Below, in pieces: positions 28,147 through 36,713 of a DNA stretch of 64,000 bases. This DNA is from a virus. Each line of letters begins with the position of its first letter. The stretch's first letter is position 1. Below the pieces are notes generated by a model. That model was not told where the DNA came from. It did no database searches and worked only from the letters and a program-made list of their open reading frames with translations. The position numbers were made by a program, and so were the translations under genes. The stretch is from positions 1 to 64,000 of the IMG/VR virus record IMGVR_UViG_3300028883_000003; one strand, 5' to 3'.

Positions 28147-28425
28147 GTGACTAAAATATTAGTTAAAAAAATAAATGATTACCCTATTTATATAACTGAT
28201 TATTGGGGTGGTCTAAATTTAACGGCAATGATTAAGAGAAAGTCTGGTTTCCACATCGAACGAATAGTTCCATTAAAAAAACCTTTATTTAGTTTATTCC
28301 TACTGTTATTAAAAATAAGGTTTACACAAAAGCTAGTACCTATAGGGAAGGCACAAAATATTATAGAAAAACAAAATTATTATTCATCTGGCAAATTTTT
28401 TAATGAGGTAGAACATGAAATTTAA
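28147..28425 (+). CDS. NxxF micro-protein family member
   Basis: core KKPLFSLFLLLL. Confidence 0.55.
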   Translation: MTKILVKKINDYPIYITDYWGGLNLTAMIKRKSGFHIERIVPLKKPLFSLFLLLLKIRFTQKLVPIGKAQNIIEKQNYYSSGKFFNEVEHEI

Positions 28426-28540
28426 TTCAGTACCATTACAAATAAAAAATACAAAATTTAATACTCTATTTGTAATTTGTGTGAACATTCTAAATATCCA
28501 ACAGCTTTTGATGGTTATATGACAAAGTTTCTGATTAAAT

Positions 28541-28810
28541 ATGGGGGTAGCAATGGAATTTTATGAAGCCAAACTACAAACAAGAATAAATAAACATATA
28601 TTAACCGCAGAAATACGCGACGGTAAACTTTCTACCCTAGAGTATATAAAGTGTTATAATACCGGCTCAATTGCTGCTTTTACAGATGAAACACCTTCAT
28701 TATTTGTTGTATTTTTGGTTTTACTTGAATACAGCATAAAAAAACATAAAAAGTGTAATAATGACTTCTTTGCTTATCTCATGGACAAAATGTGTGATCA
28801 GAAAGGATAA
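28541..28810 (+). CDS. NxxF micro-protein family member
   Basis: core ETPSLFVVFLVLL. Confidence 0.6.
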   Translation: MGVAMEFYEAKLQTRINKHILTAEIRDGKLSTLEYIKCYNTGSIAAFTDETPSLFVVFLVLLEYSIKKHKKCNNDFFAYLMDKMCDQKG

Positions 28811-28813
28811 TTA

Positions 28814-29089
28814 ATGCAATTAAATACAAGAGTAAATAAACATATATTGCACCTAAATAAACCGTACAACGGCGAACCTTACCAATTGGAGTATATAAGT
28901 GCTTTTTCTCTTCGTGGTGGTTCTTGCCCTTTAACAAAAGAGACATCTTCTACATTCTGTTTATTTGTTTGTTTTTTAGAAGCGTTTTTGTACAAACAAA
29001 TTAAAAATAATAATGATGAATATTACGAAAATATGACTGAATTTTTGTATGAATTAGACAGTAGGTTACATGATGATTACGAAGATTAA
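28814..29089 (+). CDS. NxxF micro-protein family member
   Basis: core ETSSTFCLFVCFL; N-terminus homologous to 28541. Confidence 0.6.
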   Translation: MQLNTRVNKHILHLNKPYNGEPYQLEYISAFSLRGGSCPLTKETSSTFCLFVCFLEAFLYKQIKNNNDEYYENMTEFLYELDSRLHDDYED

Positions 29090-29130
29090 AAATAAATGTA
29101 TAAAATAAAAATAAAACAAAAGAAGAAAAA

Positions 29131-29343
29131 ATGATTATTGTTAAGACTGTAAACTACAATAAAGATATAGTGCTAATAGAAATAAACAAGAAAAACCACT
29201 TTCATTCGTGGATACCTGTTAGGTTGCTTAACCAATATAGTACTTTATTTTGTTTTTTCTTGAGTATACTAAAGGTAAAGATGATTGACCATCCTATAGA
29301 ATATATATATTTTTATGATAATTACACAAAGGAGAAAAAATGA
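29131..29343 (+). CDS. NxxF micro-protein family member
   Basis: core QYSTLFCFFLSIL. Confidence 0.55.
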   Translation: MIIVKTVNYNKDIVLIEINKKNHFHSWIPVRLLNQYSTLFCFFLSILKVKMIDHPIEYIYFYDNYTKEKK

Positions 29344-29650
29344 ACGGAAAAACTATTTATTTTATGGTTGGGTTTGTAATTGTCGTATTGATTGCTATTG
29401 TTATTTTTGGTTTTTATCATCAGGAAAAACCAGCTACCCCGGCACAGGTTGTCAATTTAATCAATAAGGCATATGTGGCAGGTATTAAAGAAGGAGCGTG
29501 TAATATTGTTGATTTTGTAAAAACTGGTAAAAAATCAAAACTAACCACCTTTTTGAACAAATATTGTGATACTACTTGGAACTTTGACGAATGGAAAAGT
29601 GTTGCAAAGATGAATAAGATATTGGATTCGGTACTTTATGGAGATTCTTT

Positions 29651-29866
29651 ATGATAGATGGTATGAAAATTAAAAGAAATAGCTGGTGGGTTTTTTTGAC
29701 AAAGGGGCAGTATAATTTTTATTCGAGTAACGTAAAAGCGGAATTAAGTTATAAAGCTATAAAAAAATTAAAAAACTCGTACCTAATTTTGTTTTTTCTT
29801 TTATTGCAAACTAGAGTAGGTCTTCGAGGACCACTAGTTACACCAATGAAATTTGGGATATTTTAA
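29651..29866 (+). CDS. NxxF micro-protein family member
   Basis: core LKNSYLILFFLLLQ. Confidence 0.6.
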   Translation: MIDGMKIKRNSWWVFLTKGQYNFYSSNVKAELSYKAIKKLKNSYLILFFLLLQTRVGLRGPLVTPMKFGIF

Positions 29867-30070
29867 ATGCGTGTAAAATTAATGGGTAGTTTTTTGGTAC
29901 TATTGCCAAACGGTACAGACGAACTATGTGCACTAATTGGGGAAATTAGCCAAGCACAGGTAAAGAGAATAACTAATTCTATGTTTATACTTTTTTTCTT
30001 GTGCTTACAAAGAAACCACAAATGTCAAGTACCCACTATAAGGGAACTTAAATATGTTGGAAGAATATAA
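29867..30070 (+). CDS. NxxF micro-protein family member
   Basis: core ITNSMFILFFLCLQ. Confidence 0.6.
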   Translation: MRVKLMGSFLVLLPNGTDELCALIGEISQAQVKRITNSMFILFFLCLQRNHKCQVPTIRELKYVGRI

Positions 30071-30088
30071 CAAAAAGGATGTGTTTTC

Positions 30089-30709
30089 ATGAGAATATCG
30101 CAGACGTTCAAAAACATTACAGATCAAATCAAAAATGAAGATTTCAAAAAAGCAGTCATTTTACTAATGAATGAATCACCAGAATATATTCTAATTACCC
30201 CTTCGTCTAGTTCTGGTAAATACCACCCCAAAGATGAAATTAACGAAAATGGTATGATTCTTCATATAAATAGGTGTGCTGTTATAGCCGATGAAATAGT
30301 CAGAATGTATGATTGGGGTGACAGAGAAAGGGATATTTTGTTAGCTTCTTGTGTTTTACATGATATTTTCAAACAAGGGCCGGAAACTGACAAAATTAAT
30401 AAAAACGGTATTAAGTTGCCTAAAATCAGGCATACTACTCCTTATCATCCTACTTATATATTTAAACGTATTGCGACTATAGCTGAAGGGTGGCCTGAAG
30501 ATGAGGTTAAACAACAGTTGTATGATTTGGCCCATTGTTGCTTGTTTCATGAGGGGCGGTGGACAATTGATGTATCGAGGGAAATAGCAAAAATAGACAA
30601 AATAAATGACAAAACACGGGAACTTTGTAAGGCTATGCATGTTGTAGATTATGTGGCTTCGAGGAGAAGCATTGCGGATGCTTTTCAGTATAAGGAGAAA
30701 ACGTGCTGA
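30089..30709 (+). CDS. HD-superfamily phosphohydrolase
   Basis: SSSGKYH..G...H, LHDIFK, FHEGRW, terminal ADY-type motif (VVDYVAS). Confidence 0.8.
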   Translation: MRISQTFKNITDQIKNEDFKKAVILLMNESPEYILITPSSSSGKYHPKDEINENGMILHINRCAVIADEIVRMYDWGDRERDILLASCVLHDIFKQGPETDKINKNGIKLPKIRHTTPYHPTYIFKRIATIAEGWPEDEVKQQLYDLAHCCLFHEGRWTIDVSREIAKIDKINDKTRELCKAMHVVDYVASRRSIADAFQYKEKTC

Positions 30710-31263
30710 AGGTAAAAAATGCGAGTAAACAATTTTGTGTATTAAAATATATAAAGAGTGGTGATGACAATTTTAAAAAATTTCAAAAGATTTATAACAC
30801 CTATATTTTTTGTTTAAACAAATTTTCTAAAGGAACTTAAATGTTAGACCTAACTAAAGAAGAGCGTACTTTATTATCAGCCATGGAAAATACGGAAACT
30901 TTTGTTTCTAGGCAGGCTGAAGATTTTTCACTAATCAAAAATGGATTTTATGTGTGCAAATTAGATACTAATATATGCAAACATTTGATAGAATTACATT
31001 GTTTAGTGGAAGTTGGGATAAATGACCAGTCAGATGATACTATTTGGTTGTATAAGGCAGACCCTGTTATATTTGCCCCTAATTTTGAAATAGGGGAAGA
31101 TAATGTTTAATACATATACAGCTAAATATTCGTCCAGTAATAAACTGACAACAACTGCTACTATAAATGGCAGTATGATAGTTGTATTTAATATTACTGG
31201 GCTATTTTAGAGACAGTAAACGAGAAACACTAGACGAAATTTTTAATACAAAAAAGGAAAAAA

Positions 31264-31476
31264 ATGAAGATAATAGATAAGGGTTATAGAATAGAACTTC
31301 TAAATATGTGGGTTTATAGCATATCCAAAAAATATGCAGCTTATTTGGAGTCTTCTTATCTACTATTATTGGCTTGTTTAGTAGACAATGTTGTCCTGAA
31401 ATACAGCAACACAAGCAAGAGAGAGTTATTTGTCATGTTGGTAGAAGAAAGTTTTAAAAAGAAAGGTGTTTTATGA
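31264..31476 (+). CDS. NxxF micro-protein family member (divergent)
   Basis: core LESSYLLLLACL. Confidence 0.45.
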   Translation: MKIIDKGYRIELLNMWVYSISKKYAAYLESSYLLLLACLVDNVVLKYSNTSKRELFVMLVEESFKKKGVL

Positions 31477-31812
31477 AATTTGGAATTATGTTAGGAAAGT
31501 CAAACTTTGAGTTTTCGGTCATCACAACAGTCATAGTATTGTTTTGTGTAGCCGTTTTGGTTAGTACAACAATATGTATTACAGACGAATTAAAAAATAG
31601 GCCAAGTGAAGAGAACTTATCCTATTACAAATTCAAGTCTAACCAGTATCAGGGTATTTTGCATAACTTAGTCAGCCAACTCAAAGAAAGTAAACCAGAG
31701 GTCTACAATAACTTTGCGGTGGCTTTAAATGAAATTAATAAAGCCGCATTAAAAGTAGGAGAGCCAATTGATGGCGATCAGGGTGCATTAATTCAATACG
31801 AGGTAGATACAA

Positions 31813-32058
31813 TTGGTACGAAATAATTTAGGCGATTACAATAGTTATGTCATACAGAACTTTATAAGAACTACTCTTTGTGCTAAGTATGCCAAAAAGA
31901 TAACCAAAAGAGGAAAACTATTGGATGTGTATTTTGGTGATGTTCCTTTAGTTTTGCCAAATTTAAATAATTCATTATTTGTACTAATGTTAATAGCATT
32001 AGGCTATGGTAGTTTTCCGGAAATAACTAAATATCTAGCCAAGAAAGCTGTAGAGTGA
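31813..32058 (+). CDS. NxxF micro-protein family member
   Basis: core LNNSLFVLMLIAL. Confidence 0.6.
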   Translation: MVRNNLGDYNSYVIQNFIRTTLCAKYAKKITKRGKLLDVYFGDVPLVLPNLNNSLFVLMLIALGYGSFPEITKYLAKKAVE

Positions 32059-32411
32059 AAGAATTAGAAAAACGAATTAAACTTTTGGAAAAATTGTTGG
32101 AACAATCATTGAATTATTTGGGTTTAGAGGTAGTAGGCTCTGATGATCAATTTCATAAAGAGTTTATACATGAATTTTTGGAAAGAGGAAGGAAGGTTTT
32201 AAAAAATGACAAGTGAAGCAAAATGGTTTGCGTTATATTTTTACCCATTGATTGGTGTTGTTGTATTGGGGTTTTTATTTAGTTGCTTAATAAATAATAC
32301 AGTACCATTTATAATCTGTTTGGTAATAGCGTTTTTAGGTATGCCAATGTGGGCAATATATACAGTAAATAGAGAACAGAAAGAAGAGCGTAATAAGCAT
32401 AATAAAAGATA

Positions 32412-32482
32412 AGCCCCATGATGTAATAGTAGCATAGCAGGCTTTGAACCTGTTAGTTTTGGTGCAAGTCCAGATGGGGCTG
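32412..32482 (+). tRNA. trnQ: tRNA-Gln(UUG)
   Basis: AGCCCCA/TGGGGCT, GCAGG-CTTTGAA-CCTGT, T-loop TGCAAGT, G73. Confidence 0.88.
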
Positions 32483-32921
32483 TAAATTTGAAAGGAATGG
32501 TTATGAAAGTACCACAGTTGACAGAGAAAGAAAAAGAAATATTTCAGTTGGCATTGGAAGGGAAACAACTCTTATATAATAGTTCCTTAGATATTAAAGA
32601 TGAAATAGAAAACGCAGCTACTGATATTATTACTCCGGAGTCTATTAAAAATAACACAATTTCTAAAACGCTTAAACAAAAAATAAGACGACAGGTTTTA
32701 AATATTATAACGGTGTATTTTTTAAATGACGGTTTTTGTTATGATAAAGGTAATGATTTTTGTGAAGTAAAATACATAAAAACCCTCGATTTAGACAAGT
32801 TCAATATGGAAGTAAGCAAAGGTATTGAATCTGTAATTGGATATAGGTTACGAACTTTGGTAGCACAAAAAGAAGGAAAAAAAGTGTGCCCTACTTGTGG
32901 GCAAACTATTAAATAAATAAC

Positions 32922-32994
32922 GGGCCGGTAGCTCAATTGGGAGAGCGTTGGCCTTGCAAGCCAGAGGTTCAGGGTTCGATCCCCTGCCGGTCCA
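32922..32994 (+). tRNA. trnA: tRNA-Ala(UGC)
   Basis: G3:U70 identity pair, loop CTTGCAA. Confidence 0.93.
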
Positions 32995-33151
32995 AAAACT
33001 AATAGGAGTAAACCGTGGAAGAAAAGTTAAGAGACAAAGGAAAGATATACAAATCTGTTAAAAAAGGAACAACTATTGATATGCTCTCTTCTTTCAAAGT
33101 TGTGCAGTCACTAATTAAAAAAGTATCAAATATTTTTAAAAAGGAGAAAAA

Positions 33152-33568
33152 ATGAAGAAAACCTTAATCACCCTGTTTTTTGTAGTAGCCTTAATGGGGA
33201 CAGCTTTTGCCGAAGATGTAACTGTTGAATGGACTGCTGTTCATGAAGATGGGAATACTGGTGGTCCAGCTACTGGTTATGTTCTTTGCTATGGTCCAGA
33301 CAGTACAGCTATTATAAATTCGAGTGTAGTAGACGGTTTTGCTGTAGCAGATTCATTAACAACTATTGTGGAACAAGACAATGTACCCGGCAATGTAGGA
33401 GACACGCTGCAATACACGGTTAGTGGATTAGTTAGTGGAATTAAATATTACTTCACCATGAAGGCTTTTGATGATGTAGACAATTATTCTGATTTAGGGA
33501 ACATTGTCAGTCATGTTGTTGTTGATGTAATAAAGCCGGGTGTTGTGGACATTATTAAGTTGTATTAA
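33152..33568 (+). CDS. secreted fibronectin type III-like domain protein
   Basis: signal peptide ending AFA; VTVEW..GY..Y..YTVSGL..G.KYYF..KAFD. Confidence 0.75.
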   Translation: MKKTLITLFFVVALMGTAFAEDVTVEWTAVHEDGNTGGPATGYVLCYGPDSTAIINSSVVDGFAVADSLTTIVEQDNVPGNVGDTLQYTVSGLVSGIKYYFTMKAFDDVDNYSDLGNIVSHVVVDVIKPGVVDIIKLY

Positions 33569-33755
33569 AAGGAGTTAATATGGAAAAGCACTATGATGTT
33601 AAGTTAAATTCAGACAATAAGTTTGATATTTACGAAGTTAGTACTGGGGATGTTTTTTGTACGTGTGACACGGTGGACAAAGCTTCCCAAGTAGCTAGGG
33701 CTTTGGAATTGGCTTATGCAATGAAAATTGTAATGCAGTTAATATTTTAACTAAT

Positions 33756-33828
33756 GGGGCCATCGTTTAATTGGTTAGGATGTGGGACTTTCATTCCCTC
33801 GATGTCGGTTCGATCCCGGCTGGCCCTA
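33756..33828 (+). tRNA. trnE: tRNA-Glu(UUC)
   Basis: GGGGCCA/TGGCCCT, loop CTTTCAT, T-arm GTCGG-TTCGATC-CCGGC. Confidence 0.9.
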
Positions 33829-33856
33829 CTAAATTTGTAATAAATTTAGGTTGTTT

Positions 33857-33929
33857 GCCCCTGTAACTCAATTGGTAGAGTAGCTGACCTGTAATCAGCT
33901 TGTTCTAGGTTCGAGTCCTAGCGGGGGCT
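33857..33929 (+). tRNA. trnT: tRNA-Thr(UGU) with C33
   Basis: GCCCCTG/CGGGGGC, GCTGA-CCTGTAA-TCAGC. Confidence 0.9.
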
Positions 33930-34285
33930 AAAATAAAGGAAACAAAAACAGTGAAAGATAAAACTTATACAGAAGCTGATCTTGTTAAGATAAGAAAAGA
34001 TTATCTTGCAAAGAGAAAAGAGGAGGAGGAGGCGAAAAGAAAGGAATTCGAAGAAATAACTACTAAAAGACAAAAGTGTAACCACGAATATAAACTTTTA
34101 CACGAAGTAGACGACCAAAATGCGTCAGGTTACATTAGTCGTTATAAAACATTTGAGTGCTCTAAATGTGGAAATATTAGTATGATTAATTTGTTAACAC
34201 CAGAAGAAGAAGCGGGAAACAGGGATACTATTTCTATTGAAAACCAAACGTATGGTTTACGCATAAAACAATAAGGAGACAAAAA

Positions 34286-34648
34286 ATGACTGAATGGTTT
34301 AGTACCCCAAGGTACACATCAATAGGTGCTGTTACACCTGAGATTAATATGTTTAGAAAAAATGGCGTAATTACTATTGAAGCTAAAGTTCCGGGTTTTT
34401 CAAAAGAGGAATTAGGTGTCAATATCAAGGATAATGTTCTTACCATACGCGGCACTAAAAACCAAGGCAGAGGTTCTGAAAGTGCCGTTTTTGAAGAATT
34501 TGAACATATTGACTTCAATCGTTCGTTTAGTATACCTAACGAAATTAATTTGGATACAGTCAAATCCTCATTAAAAGATGGCATACTTACTATTACTATG
34601 GAGCTTAGTGATAAAGAGGCTGAAGGTAAAACTGTGGAGATTGAATAG
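34286..34648 (+). CDS. small heat-shock protein (Hsp20/alpha-crystallin)
   Basis: EAKVPGFSKEEL.V.I..NVLTI.G..F.RSFSIP..I....V...LKDGILTIT. Confidence 0.92.
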   Translation: MTEWFSTPRYTSIGAVTPEINMFRKNGVITIEAKVPGFSKEELGVNIKDNVLTIRGTKNQGRGSESAVFEEFEHIDFNRSFSIPNEINLDTVKSSLKDGILTITMELSDKEAEGKTVEIE

Positions 34649-34850
34649 TGAACAAAGGAACTATTGACAGCAAACCGGGTGGGCCGGGCTGTGCAGCCTA
34701 TTGTAATTGTATGCTTTGTAGACACGATAGAAAAGACAAATTTACAATAAGATTTTTACACAAATGGCATCGTAGACAAGGTAAAAAAATAATTGAAAAG
34801 GAATTAGAAAACATAATGGGTGGTGGAAAATAGACACACATTCAGAGATG

Positions 34851-34991
34851 GACACGTACCTCCGTGGCGGTTGTGGGTTTCCAAGACCCCGGTAAAATAT
34901 CAAGCACTCTTGAGGCTGGTGAGTAAATTATCCCTACAACTTCAACAGCGGAAGGTCGGAATCGTGTCGTGCTAAGGTGAGAGTCCTTAGC
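34851..34991 (+). ncRNA. candidate structured ncRNA (rod with central bubble plus 3' hairpin)
   Basis: nested helices GACACG/CGTGTC, ACCTCCG/CGGAAGGT, GGTTGTGGG/CCTACAACT, CCGGT/GCTGG, TCAAG/CTTGA; then GCTAAGG/CCTTAGC; no ORF. Confidence 0.55.
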
Positions 34992-35006
34992 CCCATTATA
35001 TAATTT

Positions 35007-35077
35007 GCCCTAATGGTGTAATGATAGCATCTTTGGCTTCCAACCAAACGGTTTGGGTTTGAATCCCAATTAGGGCT
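35007..35077 (+). tRNA. trnG: tRNA-Gly(UCC)
   Basis: GCCCTAA/TTAGGGC, TTTGG-CTTCCAA-CCAAA, U73; T-loop TTTGAAT. Confidence 0.9.
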
Positions 35078-36003
35078 AAAAGATAGAAGAGCCTGTAGTA
35101 GATAGAAAGAGAGAAAGACAATGTTTTTAAAGATTATTTATGGAATAGGAACTCCAACGGTTTCTAACACGCCAGATGACTGGCCAGCCCGAAATGAACA
35201 AATAACAATAAAAGAATGTAAAGAGATTGATTCTGATTATTGTTACTCCAAAACCGATAAATGTGAAAAAGGAGAACGGGAAGAACACTTGTTTATAAGT
35301 GTGGATAACGGATCACAATATTTTAAAGTTCCAACTGGTAAAATAATTACTAAAGGTGGGGCTAAAAGTGAACCCAGCGGTAATAGTATATATGTTATGA
35401 GCGACGAAGGTAAAACAATAGATAGATTATTATAAACCAATCTTTACAGGCTCTTCTAAATTATGACAAAACATTTTAACAAAAAACAAACAATTATTGG
35501 TACATGCAAATGTGGTGGACCAATAACAAAAAATGAATTTGATGGTTTAACTTCATGCTTATCTTTAACAAAGATATACTGTTTAAAATGCTTTAAGGAG
35601 TACAACGACCAATGCCAACTCCCAAAAAGAATGAAACTAAAAAAGAATTCATAAAGCGATGTATGGCTTATCCTGATCTTCAAGATAAGAAACCAGATCA
35701 AAGATATGCAATCTGCCAATCAATGTGGAAGGAGCGTAAAAAAGGTGAGACCGAGAAATAAGCAAGAGAGAAAAAGAATTGGGCTGAAAAAAGCTAAAAA
35801 AGCGTATAGAGTGTACCAGTTTGATAGCGTTGACCAAGATAAGAGACTTTTAGGAATCTATAGTAAAACTAGAACGTTCTGTTCTAATCCAGATTGTTGT
35901 GGCAATCCAAGAAAAAGCAAAAGGGGTGGGAATAGGCTAACACAACAAGAAATAGCTGCTGAATTAAAGTTAGCAGAGGAACTAGAAGAAATCGAGGAAA
36001 CTA

Positions 36004-36570
36004 TTGAATAAACCAAAAGGCTATCCCCCGTATGTTACATACAATCCTAAGTATAAAAGATTTTTGGTTACTGTTCCGAAAGAGAAAATAGATAAGATAA
36101 ATAAATTTGCTGTGAAGTTAGCAAAAAAGAAAATGGAGGAAGCACATTACAAAGTAGACGGTAATAGTTTGGTTAAGCGTTTAGTAACAGGCTTGACTGG
36201 AGAAGCGGCGGTAGAAGAGTTACTAGGTATAAAGATCATTGATTGGACAATTGGAAACTCGCGTAAATATAACGTAGCCGATATACAAGAATTAGGGATT
36301 GGAGTTAAGACTGTTGAATATGGTCTTCATCCATTAGTTCCTATTAATCCAGCTATGCCCCAAATCATTTGTGTAAAGATGTCTGAGAATGAAGTTATTA
36401 TTTGTGGGCTAGCTTCTATTAAAGTGTTGAAGAAATATCAGGATTTTAGTTTAGTTAGAGCAAAAGGGGCTAGGATTAGGGGAACTAAGTCAGGCTTTTT
36501 CGGGTTCAAGTATTTAGATATGTTTAGTTCGTTGAAACAGTTAAAAAAGATTTTGAATAGCAGGGTGTAG
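36004..36570 (+). CDS. putative PD-(D/E)XK-type nuclease
   Basis: GLTGEAAV...AD.....GVKT pattern. Confidence 0.4.
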   Translation: MNKPKGYPPYVTYNPKYKRFLVTVPKEKIDKINKFAVKLAKKKMEEAHYKVDGNSLVKRLVTGLTGEAAVEELLGIKIIDWTIGNSRKYNVADIQELGIGVKTVEYGLHPLVPINPAMPQIICVKMSENEVIICGLASIKVLKKYQDFSLVRAKGARIRGTKSGFFGFKYLDMFSSLKQLKKILNSRV

Positions 36571-36633
36571 CTCAATTGGTGGAGTTCTCGGTTTGGGGCC
36601 GAGAGGTTGAAGGTTCGAGTCCTTCCATCCTGA
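36561..36633 (+). tRNA. trnP: tRNA-Pro(UGG)
   Basis: CAGGGTG/CATCCTG, CTCGG-TTTGGGG-CCGAG. Confidence 0.93.
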
Positions 36634-36640
36634 TAAAACT

Positions 36641-36713
36641 TGGGCAGAAGCTTAAGTGGATAAGCCATGTCCTTATAAGACATAGATAGAGAGTTCGAGT
36701 CTCTCCTGCCCGA
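36641..36713 (+). tRNA. trnI: tRNA-Ile(UAU)
   Basis: TGGGCAG/CTGCCCG, ATGTC-CTTATAA-GACAT, GAGAG-TTCGAGT-CTCTC. Confidence 0.88.

Noticed and set aside
34234-34725. 163-aa minus-strand ORF
   Set aside because: Antisense to the clear Hsp20 gene.
34874-34950. tRNA-Trp-like arm (GGGT-TTCCAAG-ACCC) and a TCA triplet suggesting tRNA-Sec; also tmRNA or SRP RNA
   Set aside because: No compatible D-arm, T-arm and acceptor stem; no tmRNA ends or tag ORF; no GNRA-capped SRP helix. The longer rod fold explains the region better.
24848-36284. Other GCCGATA/CCGATA hits (24848 minus, 25245 minus, 26214 minus, 36277 plus)
   Set aside because: They lack a TAAA/ACAA-like -35 at 15-nt spacing, and three lie inside coding sequence.
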